Assembly (NCBI GenBank): GCA_013115125.1
Contig: JABANN010000228.1
Location: forward strand, 1 to 50,466
Source of the DNA: Perkinsus olseni
Lineage: Eukaryota
Direction: 5' to 3'
DNA length: 50,466 bases
Positions 29,423 through 41,015 of this stretch are shown one piece after another. How positions within the stretch are numbered: the first letter of the stretch is position 1; every line of letters begins with the position of its first letter. Both the position numbers and the translations under genes were made by a program. The notes under the pieces are model-generated. The model made no database searches, had not been told where the DNA came from, and worked only from the letters and a program-made list of their open reading frames with translations.

Positions 29423-31450
29423 ATGCTGGTTCGATGGGCGCCGTCCCCTCGGGCGTTGAGTGCCTGTCGTGCAGTGTTGTCCGTACGCTGTTGCAGTACC
29501 GCGTCGAAGGGGTCGTCTTCGGGTAGTGTTAAGGAAGGTGAAAACGCGGTTGAAGCGGCTACAGCGGGGGAGCCGAGTGAGGTGGAGAAAGTTGATTCGA
29601 TGAAGGTAGGATGGGGAGCTGTGATCATTCCGGACTTACCTAGCTCCTCGCAGACGAGACTGAGTGCCGTCCCGAAGCCCGAAAGTGGCATCGCTAGACG
29701 ATCCGTTGAAGAAGCCTTGCTGGACGAGCGTCGGAAAAAGTACTTGGAGATGTATGAGAGTAGTAGAGGTTGTGGGGGTTACTGCTCCGGAGGCGTCGGG
29801 AGATTCTCCGAAATTGGGGTCGTGTTCGGACTTGAACTCCCTATTTTAGATCTTCGGCTAGACTGGTCTCGTTACTTGCTATTCTGATGTTATTATTTTG
29901 CAACGCAGGGTAGAGCTGATGTCTGTGATCGGGGATGTGATATCTCAGGGGCGACATGTTGCGGAGATGAAGTTATCATTTTTCATCGGGCCTTGAAAAT
30001 TGTATTCATCGGATTTTTTTGAAACGGAAAGACACTCATTTACCGCAAATCACTTAAGGATTTGCGAAGAATATTTCGACTCTCTTAGGTACTGGCACGA
30101 CGCGGTACTTGCCGCCTAGGGACCCGTAGTAGAGGAGGGAGGAGGTGAAGGGGCACTTGCTTCTTTTAGGAATGCGTTTTTGATCGAGAAGGAACGGCTG
30201 TCCGGCACGGAGCGACGAGCTCAGCGTCTTTTCGCCTACCTGCCGTGGCTCACGTTTGGAGTCATGCTGGTGGCGCCTTATTACGGCATCAAGTGGGCCC
30301 AGGCCACGAGTGAGCAGTCAGCCCGGCGGCGGAGGATGTCTTTTTGTGAATCGCTCCTTCAGTCGACGCGCAAGTGGAGGAGCAGAGCGGTTCTGCAGAG
30401 GCTGTTGATGATGATACTCATCCTTTGTCGTCCGTCGGCTTCCGGGTGATGGACTACCAGCAGTTACCGGAGGTCCTCGAGAGCCCCTTACCCCACCTAC
30501 TGGTCCTTTACGATGATACGTGAGTCGGTCCTCCTGCTGGTTGCCCGCGCCCGGATGGTCCTTGTGAAGGTATGCGTCTCGTGTGTTCCTGCCGTCGCTG
30601 CGATCGTTGGCAGCTTCGATTGCGAGGGCGAGCAAGGGCCAGTTGTCGATAGTCGCGGTAGAGTTACCGAGAGGGGAGTCTTCGAAGGAGCTCCTGAAGG
30701 AGTACCCAAGGAGCCAGGCGCCGCATATTCAGTTCATAGTGTAGCGCTGGCGTGGGAGGAAATGGTGGTGAGCGGTGGGTTGGTGCAGGCCCGCAGCGAC
30801 GTCGTCGGGGGAGGCAGGGGTGCTGGACTATAAAGGACGGTGGAATATGCAGGAGTTGGTACGGACCTTTGTACTGCCGACGCTGCGGCATAGGACGGCG
30901 GTGGGGATACCTCCGGAAGGGAGGAGAAAGTTGGTAGTAATGGTGGCTGATTATTGGTCAATCTTGGCGGGGCGCTTCGCTCCGCTGTGGATTTATGTGA
31001 AATTTGACAGCTTGGTTGGAGGAGAATTAGAGTAACGTAGGATACTTCGTAGACAGGAAGACACTAGTGGGTTGAAATGCTATGGTAAAAATGATTGCAG
31101 GGGGATTTGAACCGGGGACCTCTTTGTAGTGTCGTTAACCCTGCCGCGCATACTTGAAATTTTGCTGCGGCTAAGGTATGGGAGAAGTGTCCCCTAGCCC
31201 CTGTTGAGTTCTCTTCCGTAGTGGAGTAGGTTCTTCCTAAGAAACGGGCTTGTGTCAGGTTGAGGAGGCGCGACGACTGGACCAAGCGATAGCATCCCTC
31301 TGGTCGGACTGTCTGTTCACTCTTCACTTCATGCCGCGGAAGAAGCCAGCCCCTGCCTGGCAGCTGGATGACAGCCTCACTCTCCCGCTGGACCAGGCGA
31401 TTGATCGATGCCGCCATCGCCTGACTGAGGAGGAGAGGAGATTTACGTGA
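29423..31450 (+). CDS. Hypothetical protein, probably mitochondrial, with one TM helix and a possible thioredoxin-like domain
   Basis: Arg/Ser/Ala-rich leader without acidic residues (MLVRWAPSPRALSACRAVLSVRCCST), TM segment LFAYLPWLTFGVMLVAPYYGI, then LPEVLESPLPHLLVLY...APHIQFI...DYKGRWNMQEL. Last exon 31259-31450. Confidence 0.55.
31086..31123 (-). other. tRNA T-arm/B-box-like fragment in intron 30934-31258
   Basis: The reverse strand reads AGAGGTCCCCGG-TTCAAAT-CCCCCTGCAATCA-TTTTT. Confidence 0.4.
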
Positions 31451-31589
31451 TATTCACTACTACTGCCACTACTGTAACATTACGTACCTTTGTGTATCGG
31501 TGTGTTTCTGGCAGCCTTCTGTTCAGTTCAGTGGCTTTAGGATCGCTCACTGGGGGCGGTTGTTTTCGAGAATTGCTATTTTTACTACT

Positions 31590-34500
31590 ATGAAGCAGCG
31601 CTTCACCTCGATCGATGTTCGGGCGATGGTACGGAGTATCCGACCTCGTCTCTTGGGAGCTAAGGTGGCTAATATCTATGATATCAATAACAAGGTAAGA
31701 GCCCCTAGGGGTGGGCCGGGCTGAGCCTTCTTTGTCTTAGTTATATATCCTTAAGTTCACTTCGGCAACAGCGTCACAGGACACGGACGAAACTACTGAG
31801 AATAAATGGTCGGAGATTGCACTAGCCGTAAAATGGTATTAGTCCGGGTTTTTAGGTTTTTAGTACTGGAAGCGGGGGTGAGGTTCAACCTTACAGAGTA
31901 CGACCGGGGGAGTTCGGCCGGCTTGCCCAGTGCGTGGACGATGAAGCTGCGGAAGCTGCTTAGAGGGAAGAGGCTGGGCGATCTGCGGCAGGTGGGGTTG
32001 CTGAGGCTTTGATGGTGGTGGTGATGGTGGGATGGTGTTATCAGGTCGGCTCTGATAGGGTTATTCTGATGGAGTTTGGGGCAGGGGAGAAGGCTGTGAT
32101 AATCGCACTGGAGATGTAAGGCCGATGGTGAGTTGGTGAAGGTGTGGTATGTGTGCTTTAGGTATGCTAAGGGTAATATTGTGGTGATGGACAGCAGCTA
32201 CAAGGTGACTATGCTGCTGCGACGGTACGCTTACAGTGAGGAGGATAAGGTGGAAGTTGGACGTAATAGGGCGGTATGGGTAGCAGCTGTATTGTTCTTC
32301 GGAGCGGCCAGCAATGGTCGTGGAGTACTTGTGGATTCTACGGGTTTCGAATGAAAATTCCTTGGTGTCACCGGGTTGATAACTTTTCTATTTCAGTGCC
32401 TTATCCGATGGCTTTGGCTGCTAAGAAGGGTGAGGAGAGTGCGGAAGTGGAGAGAGGCGATATTGAGGGTATCGGCGAGGAAGTCCTGGTGAAGGCACTT
32501 GATGGCAAGTCCAACGTGAAGGGCATCAGTTCGGCTGTGTTGAGGTAGCGTTGGGAGTATGAGGGTTATCGCAGTGGTCGTCTTTTGTAAGGCTGGTCTC
32601 CTTCGCGTCACCACAGATGGCGACTTTGGCCGTCAGAAGCGTCATGCAGGAGGGGGAGGTAAGGGAAGGGGGGATGGGTGGTTGTGGGGAGGGTCTGATG
32701 CCAGGAACAGCAGCGGCCGGAGGAGGTGCTTCGGCGGGCCATCAAGTGGTGCCATGAGGCGCTGGCTGAGGTGTCTTCTGTGAAGGAGGTGAAGGGGTAT
32801 GGTCTGAAGGAGGACGAACAGGGGAAAGTGGTGGACTACGCTCCGCTCAAGAGGCTGCTCAAGGGAGGTAGTGATGGTAGTATTGGCTGTTGTTGATAAG
32901 AGGCACTTCCGTATTCACGAATCCGTTATGGTTGTGATTGCCGGTCTTAGGCCCATCCGATGACGACGCCGCGGTAATGGAGTACCCCTCCTTCACGGAG
33001 TGTGTTGACGATTACTATACAAGGCTTATGCGTGCTCAACTGGAGGGCCAGTTGGTCCAGAAGCAAAGTCAAATGAGGTCTAAGGTGATGGGCTGGGTGG
33101 TGCAGGTGGCAGTGATTTCTATGCCTTATTACTAGGTTGAGAACATCAAGGCTGACCAGAGTCGTAGGATGGGGCAGTTGGAGAAGGAACAGCAGTCACT
33201 GTGGGAGCAGGTCCGTGGTCTTCTGGGGTGTGACGCTGTGAGGGCTTAGTCTAAGGGGGCAATCTACGACTGTTAATACCATAAATACTGTAATGCCATA
33301 GTAATTTTAACGTATAGCACCTTGTAGACAATGTAGACTTTTGTAGTATCGTCATGAGTGGAACTGTATTGTAAGAAAAATAATTTATTCGAGTCACCAT
33401 GAATATTTTGTAGAAGGGTTTCAGTCCAATTTGTGGGGTACTTAGGATTAAATTCGTACGAAGTGGTGTAAGGCAGGGTGTTGTTTTCTTTCAGGCCGTG
33501 GCCTTGGAAGCCAATACAGACATCGCGGATGCCGCTATTCAGATGATTAATGCTTTGCTAGCAGCTAAGGTAGTTGCGCCTCGAATGAGGGGGCACCGAC
33601 CAGGCGACTCTGATGCAGTTGCGCTGGGACGACCTTGCTATAGCCGTCAAGCAGCAGCAACGAGCGGGGCATCCGTTGGCCACTCATATCCGTCAACTCT
33701 CGCTGGACTCCAATAGGATATCTATAGTACTCGAGAAGCCTGCTGGTAAGGGTGCTGGTTACTTCTCCTCGACGGGGATGGTTGGGTAGGTGATGATGAC
33801 GGGGATGATTCGTCGACGGTGGAAGTGTGGCTGGACCTCTCTCGAACGGCTCAGGTGAGTTGCTCGGGCGTGTCATTGAGAGATGGGGAAGAGGGCCGAA
33901 CCGCACAGCACAGGTTATGGGAGACCCTTCGATGAGTTGAAAATAAGTCGTGAAAAACTGTGCATACAAATCCGTTAGGCAAAAATCGGAAAAGAACTTT
34001 AGATGAATTTTGGGTCTTGAGCCCCGTAGTTCCCACAATGACGTGTCCTCGGACCGAGACAAACATATCCTAGTACACAGAAATCGACCACAGTCTCATT
34101 ACGTCATGATAGTTGGGTACGACTACGATACAAAGGAGCTGCGAGTAGGCGTTGAGGTCGAATCATAGGAAGGGTTCGAGCGCTCCGATATCATCACGCA
34201 GTGTGTTCAATTTGATATTTTATCCTGTGGTTTAGAGTAGGTGATTCACACTCGGAAACTCTGAAATCGAATATGATGGCGAATTAGTTTTTGCGAATTT
34301 GTTAGCTTTTTCACGCCTTCGGTAGGCAAACGTGGCCCTACTGCACGACCAGAGAAAGGGCATGCAGGAGAAGGTGAGGAAAACCGAGGGCCAGATGGCG
34401 AAGGCTGTGAAGATGGCCGAGAAAAAGTTGAAGGGTGACGGCTCGTCTGTTGTTGTGGTAGGGTATGTTACTTGTTCGGTTAGGTAAGGCTGCTGGTAAC

Positions 34501-36807
34501 GAGACCGCGGCACTTGGTGGTGCGGAGAAGCAATTGCTAGCGAAGCGAAGGAAGAAGTTCTGGTTCCAGAAGTTTTTCTGGTTCATCTCGAGCGATCGGC
34601 TGCTGGTGTTGGCTGGTAAGAAGGGTTGAAGGTGAGACGCTGTCCCGCCGTTGTCTCTGCCTTTGCTTCGAGTGCAATCTTCTCGGAGTATATGTTTCGG
34701 TGATAGATCTCTTTTGTGACCGCCGCCGGCTCGCTTAGTTGGGGAAGGAGTGGTATGGAAATCGTAGATGAATTAGAGTGTCGTGTCGGGTTCCTGCAGG
34801 AATACTGCGTTTGTAGGTAGAGATGCTCAGCAGAATGAGCTGCTGTGGCGACGGTATCTTTCTCCTACTGATATTTACGTTCATGCTGATCTCGCTGGTG
34901 CCGCTACTGTCGTTATAAAAATGCCCAAGGGGGGAATCGAACCTCCGCAGAGAACATTGGCCGAAGCCGGGCAGTATTCCCTATGCAGGTGCTTCGCTCC
35001 GCTAGAAATGTTTGTCTATTTTCGATCGCAGGTCTCGAGCGTGGGATAATAAGATCGTTACATCAGCGTGGTGGGTGTGGGCCAAGCAAGTATCGAAGAC
35101 GGCGCCGACAGGCGAGTTCCTTTCTACCGGTAGCTTTATGATTCGGGGGAAGAAAAACTTCTTACCTCCTACCGGGCGTTTAGAGATGGGCCTTGGCGTC
35201 ATGTGGACGGTGACTGAGGACAGCGCGGAGAAGTAGGCGGAGCGAAGGAGCCGTGCGAATGGCATTTTTTGGTGGTAGGTACCGGAGTATGAGGGTTCAG
35301 AGGGAGAAGCTGCTGGAGGAACAGGAGCAGAGGGAGGGTCGTGTGGGTCCTCCGGAGGAGATGGGCGATGAGGGGCCGGGCGTGGTTGAGAACTTTGACT
35401 TCAATCCGAAGGCGGCTGACGGAGGGGAGAAGGGGAGTGAGAAGGGTAATGGACAGCAGCATGCGAAGGGAGCTGCGAAGAGCCGACAACAACGAAGGCA
35501 GATGAAAAAGTCGGGGGGACGGAAACAAGGTGGGACGGCTGAGGACAGGGGATGGGTAACTAGGACTTTCACTTGTCGTGGTTGATGGTGTGGGTGATGC
35601 TGAGCTTTATACAGCAGTTGGAGGTGATCTCAGTGGCCGTCTCGGAGGGCGTGGTTTTCGCTGTTCTCCCGAGGGCGTGCTCGACGGTGTCCGCGAGTCC
35701 CGGTCACTGAGGATTACGTTCACGTAGCTTCTGCTCTTGCGAGTTCGTAGGCGTGTAATTTCGTGGCGCAGTGAAGGTGGACTGAGATGATGATTTCTTC
35801 AGGAGACGAGGAGAGCTCCGAGGAAGGCGAGCGGGTTGACAAGGCCCCGCAGGAAAAGTCGAAGCCGTTGACGCGACACCAGCGGAAGAAGCTTGCTAAG
35901 ATTAGGGAGAAGTACGGCGACCAGGATGAGGAGGAGAGGGAGATCAGAATGAAGCTGATGGGCAGCAAGGAGGTGAAGGTCGTCGAGGAGGAGAAGGAGC
36001 GCCAACGGCAGCAGGCACCGGCTGAGGTGTCGCAGGAAGAGGAGGTAGGGCGTATCTTAGGTCGATCCATGCATGTGATGGATTTAGGATGAGCCATCGA
36101 GTGTCGAGGTGCCCACGACTGGCAAGAATGTGTGTTTCAAGTGTGGAGAAGAGGGCCATCTGGCGAGTGAATGCCCGCATGCTCGGGAAGCACAAACCAG
36201 CAGACAGGATGACGACGAAGATGATGATGACGATGACGACGAGGGCGGAGCGAAGGTCACCTCTGGCGGTGGCATCGCCCATACGCTCGATCGGCTACAA
36301 GCATGGCCCGACTGGAGGGAAGATGAGGTCCTCGGGGCCATCATGGTCTGTGCTCCTTATCAGGCTATGACGCAGGTGGGATCCACTGGGGTATGGTATC
36401 AGTGTCACCATCATCATCGTGTGTGTTAGATACCGATCAAGGTGAAGTTCACCCCTGGGCAAATGAAGAGGGGCAAGGCGGCGCAGCTGGGCTTCAAGTT
36501 GCTGCAGAGTCAAGTGGAAGGCGAGCTGAGGTCAGCTCGAGCAGCGGCAGCAGCAGCAGCGGCAGCAGCAGCAGCAGCGAAGGCCTCTGAGGGAGAGGAC
36601 GCCGAGCCATCTGCTGCTACTATCGACCGCCACGCCCTGGACCTTCTACGGTTGGTGCCGGTCGAGGAAGCGTCAGATGCCATCGGTGTGAGTAACGTGA
36701 AGCTTGCTGCGAGTGGGGTACAGAGGCTGCAGCAGAAGTCGAAGAAGGAGAAGAAGCAACTGGCCAAGCAGCGAGAGAAGGAAGCCTTGCTCGCCATGGA
36801 CGGCTGA
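31590..36807 (+). CDS. NEMF: Ribosome quality control subunit NEMF/Rqc2 (NFACT domains) with a CCHC knuckle
   Basis: [10 protein letters not shown]...[119 protein letters not shown] and [12 protein letters not shown]. Confidence 0.93.
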
Positions 36808-36954
36808 AAAGATACTGCAGTTGAGTACCATTGACCTTCACGAGGCTGTTGTTCCATCGCTTGTTTAGTTCGTTTCTCTGTCCTCTTGGTAGTGATTGCG
36901 TTCAGTGTTACCTTGCGACGCGCAGCAGCAGCTACACCCGCCTACTGTAGTGTA

Positions 36955-38868
36955 ATGGCAGATCCCTGGTCGCCTCAGCCAGGGCTAATAGCCCGACCAG
37001 GGCAATTAGGGTTAATAGCAGGACAAGCAGGCTTGGTACCGGTGCAAGGAAGGGTGGTACCGGGGCAAGGAGGGCTGGTACCGGGGCAAGGAGGCTTGGT
37101 ACCGGGGCAAGGAGGGATGGTACCAGTCCCAGACCAGCGGCCAGCTGCGAACGCAACCTCTTCTGGGGCGGGAAGTAACCCTCGACCTCCTCAAGCAGGT
37201 GGGTGCGGGGAAGGCCTGTCGCCACCACGTCGCCCGTACGCTCTTTCTCACCTTCAGGCGGAAAGGCGAGGAGGAAGCTCATCCGGTTGGAGTCCCTCGT
37301 CCCAGATGTTATTCCCAGCATTCCGATGGCGGGGTTGGAGAAACTGAACATAAACAAGAACCCGCCTTGGGGCCGCGATGTGCTTTGCGTAAGGGGAGAG
37401 GAGGTCACTCCTCAAAACGGAGTTAGAGGCCATCGCTGCGAATGGGTTAGGTCATACTGCCCACCAAGCTTCTCGTCAATTTTACCCTTACGAGATTGCC
37501 GGATGCAGAGATAACAGAAGACACTGACTGTAGGAAGATCCCTCTTAGTCTCGAGGAGGAGAGTTCGCTGCTGTTCTCAGACGACCAGTGGTCCTTGACC
37601 AGCGCGAACCAGAGGTACGATGAGAGCCCGTGTATTGTAATGGAAGATGGGCTGTCACAAACGGTGTCTCGATACACAACAGCTTGGGTGAAGCCCGATG
37701 CCAAGATATTCCTGAGAGAGAAGAAAGGTAGGTCATCGGCATCGTAGCCGTCACGGTGATCGACATATTTCACTGTGGCTTGCTGCTCAGCTCCGGACGC
37801 ACCCCATCTCGGTTTCCGTGCGGTCTTCGAGGCTGCACCTGAACCCCCTTCTCCTACCGAACTTCGGAAAGGCGTGCAGCAGCCGGGAGCAGTTCGAGCG
37901 TCGCGTTCATCCTCTTCTTCGTCGTCATCGTCTGTTCCTTCACGCACTACCGAAGGGCTCCCCCCTGCGCGCGGTTCTGGTGGCTCTGCGCCGAGCCACG
38001 CCCCTGCCCCTCCCGCTGCTGCTGCAGTAGCGGCGCCGAGTGGGGTGGACGAGGAGTGGTTCCAGGCGGTGATGGCGGCTCTTGATAATGCCCCGAGGCC
38101 GGGAGGGAAGAAGAAACGAAAACTAGTGGAAGCTGATGTGGTCGATCTGGTCGAGTCTGATGATGACGAGGGCGATGCACCGTCTTCTCCTCCTGCGGCT
38201 GCTACGAACGATGACGATGATGAGAGCGCGTACTTGGACCTGCAGTGCGCCGTCTGTCAGGTAGCATCTGAAGCTTCACAGGCCTACTGTGGACTGGCTA
38301 CTGCAGCTGTTGTCTCTTTCAGTGTTACATGTACAACGCAGTGAGCGTGTGGCCGTGCCTACACTGCTACTGTTCGTCCTGTATAGGGTGTTGGGTGAAG
38401 AAGGACGACCACTGTCCTCAATGCAGGACCCGTGTCGAGGCCATACGCCCGATCTTGGGGATCAGTAACCTCATCGAGGCCCTGTCTGCGAAGAAGAAGA
38501 TCTTGGGTGAGCTCGAGGTTCTCATCTGAAGCGTTCCTGCTCGTCGAGTAGAACTTATCTTCTTCCGTGCGAGACTCGGGTCGGGCGTAGGCCGGATAGC
38601 ATTCCGCACCGCTCGACCTGCCTGGGTTAATAACAACATCTCGAGCTCCCTTCTCTTTTCCCTCAGACCAGAGGACAGCCGAGGATAGGAAGGCCGCGGA
38701 CGATGTTGATATCCTGAAGCACAACGAGTAAGGACGGCTTCGGTGTGGTACGGCAGCCCTAGTGCCTTGTTCCTGCATGGCTGAGAATGATAGTCGGCTC
38801 GCCTGTGGTTGATGTTATCTCCTCCTAGTTACAATCTTGCTCCAATTCGTAGCATGTGTCATCGCTGA
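36955..38868 (+). CDS. CHFR-like RING E3 ligase paralog with a degenerate FHA-like region and no Cys-rich/PBZ C-terminus
   Basis: RING LQCAVCQ|CYMYNAVSVWPCLHCYCSSC...CPQCR. Splice points around and after the RING match those of the gene at 41016. Ends YNLAPIRSMCHR*. Confidence 0.7.
37021..37124 (+). repeat. Coding 21-nt tandem repeat, about 5 copies (GQGGLVP)
   Basis: GGGCAAGGAGGGCTGGTACCG-like units. Confidence 0.9.
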
Positions 38869-39794
38869 GGCGGCAACAACCCAGTGAGCCTCTCCCCACC
38901 AAGGCAGTTCACTGCCGTCATGATGACTCCCGTAGGTACTGCATCAAAGACCCCTATTTGCAACCTACCCACCGCGAGAAGTGAGTGTCAGTGAGTAGCG
39001 CTCCGTTCCCCCGTTGAGGTTGTTGCAGCTCCTCAGCATGACAAGGGCGTTTTTGATATCGCGTTCATGGAGTTGGTCCCGACTCAGCCACAGTTTCAAT
39101 GGAACTCTCCTTGCAGGCCGATCGTCTGGTTGGAGGATCGTATTAATATCAATATGATGATGATGATGTATGTGAAGTCGTCAAGTATATGACGATGCCT
39201 TAATTGACGATTAGCTGTTTCACCACGGCAGATCGAAGTTGAGTTCGGATATTCTCGCTTGGCCGTCGGCGTCGCTTGCTCATAGGAAGACAGTATCTTC
39301 GTGGGAAGTCGTCAGTGGCCGCCATTTTATGCTGGCCGTATTCTTTTTTCTTCTAGTAAGAGCCAGAGAAAATTGGTGTCTGGTCCGTCGATCACTGGAT
39401 TGCGGTCAACTCGGGCGCGCTTGTACATGCTCTCTCAAGACGGTGTTCCTAGCGGGAGTTGGCGGGGCGCCCAAGTCAGTTTTAGGTCGCCGTATGACCG
39501 CATTTTTGAGCGCCACGAGGGGATGTGACGCGACCCTTGGTGACGCAGCGTGCAATACTTCCTCACTGCGTCGCCGAGATTCGCGTTGCTTGATACGGGT
39601 ATGGATCACTCGGCCATTCTGTTCGTTGGTGTCGAGGAGGCTGCATGATCATACTGGTGATACCGTAGGCCATCGGGGTTGCAGCCAAAAGAAGCAAGCA
39701 GGCGGGCATGTTAACGGTGATTCTGCTTCGAACTCCGTTGGGTTAGTCGTGGACGGCAGTCTTCTTCGAAGATAGCAGTCAGTTTCACTTCCGA

Positions 39795-40895
39795 ATGGCT
39801 CGCAGTGTCCACCCTCAACAGCGTGACGAACGAGCAGCGGCTTTCTTCCGTGCTTTGGATCAGTACAATAAGAGCCTCGGGGAGGACCTAGACGCAGCCG
39901 CCGAGCGCAGGGCTCGAGAGGCTGCTGTTGCTAAGCCCGGTAGGGGTCGGCCCAGCGGGGAAGATACTAGCAAGCGTGAGAGTCAACGCTCCGGCGGGGC
40001 ACCCCAGAGGGCAGATGGAGATGGGGACAACTCGGATTCGAAATCTAGGCCACAGGGAGGGGTTGAGGCCCTGGGACGGGCGACGGCTGAGCGACAGAAG
40101 CTGGTCTACGAACCGGAGGAATGCAAGGTGACGTGTCTGTCATTGAAACAAGATATTACAGCGGAGCGAAGCAGAGCTTCGGCACTCAAGAAAATCATCA
40201 AAAATGTCCGAGTGGAACTTCAAAAGGCGCTCGACCAGCGAGGCTTGTTGCTGGATCGAAAGCATAGGATAACTGAGGAATGCCGAGACTTGGAGAGGCA
40301 GGTTGGGGAGATTGTCGGTCGCCGAGGAGCGCTCCTGGCGGAGTTGGGCAGGGACCGAGAAGACGTAAGGTGAGTCCCTCCTCTGTCGGTTCGTGGCCGT
40401 CAGTGAACGACCCTCAGGTTGTTGAAGCAAGCCCTGGCCAGTGCCAAGGCCGAGAAGATCGAGTTGGGGCGGTTGGTGAGCGCTGCGAAGTCGGAGGCAC
40501 GACGTTGGGCCAACGGCATCATACACCGGGCTAGGGAGGCCCAGAGCGATTCTGAGGTCCGTCTAACGGACATGGCCGTCGGAGGGCTGAGCGCTCGTAG
40601 TGGAGAGGAGGTGGAGGTGGGTCGCGGTGTCTCCCATCCCAGGCGGGAGCCACCTATCGGGAACGCTGAGTGCCTGACAAGGGCGGATGAGCGGCCGGAG
40701 ACAGCGACACTCTCTGGTCAGAGTAGACGGAGGAGAAGGAAGATGAACCAGGGAATAGCGCAAAGAACCGGTCTCAAGAAGGGTCTCGTGGCCACCCAGT
40801 TGAGTCGATGGGCGGAGGTCGATACTATCAAGGAGGCCAGCAGCAGTAGCAGCAGTTCATGCATCACCATACCCATGTCCGAGGATGTTGGTTGA
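39795..40895 (+). CDS. Hypothetical coiled-coil protein
   Basis: Two long open exons (39795-~40369 and ~40419-40895) joined by a GTGAGT...CAG intron. Heptad-like E/K/R/L-rich stretch. Confidence 0.55.
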
Positions 40896-41015
40896 GTGTG
40901 TTCAGGCCGAGTTACTTTCGTTCGAGGGTGCGGCAGGGTCGGAGTGGAATCACGCACCGCAGGTCTCTGGCCTTGCCGCTCGGCCGTATATTTTTCCAAC
41001 CTTTTTACGTCTGTT

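Noticed and set aside
39662-39684. ACCGTAGGCCATCGGGGTTGCAG resembles the start of the dinoflagellate/Perkinsus spliced leader (ACCGTAGCCAT...), ~130 nt before an ATG
   Set aside because: It needs an insertion, the 3' half does not match, and the downstream gene has an intron. Too weak to call a spliced-leader relic.
39239-39775. 178-aa ORF, plus the many antisense or overlapping ORFs in the track
   Set aside because: No ATG start or recognisable motif. Most such ORFs are shadows of GC-rich exons or intron read-throughs.
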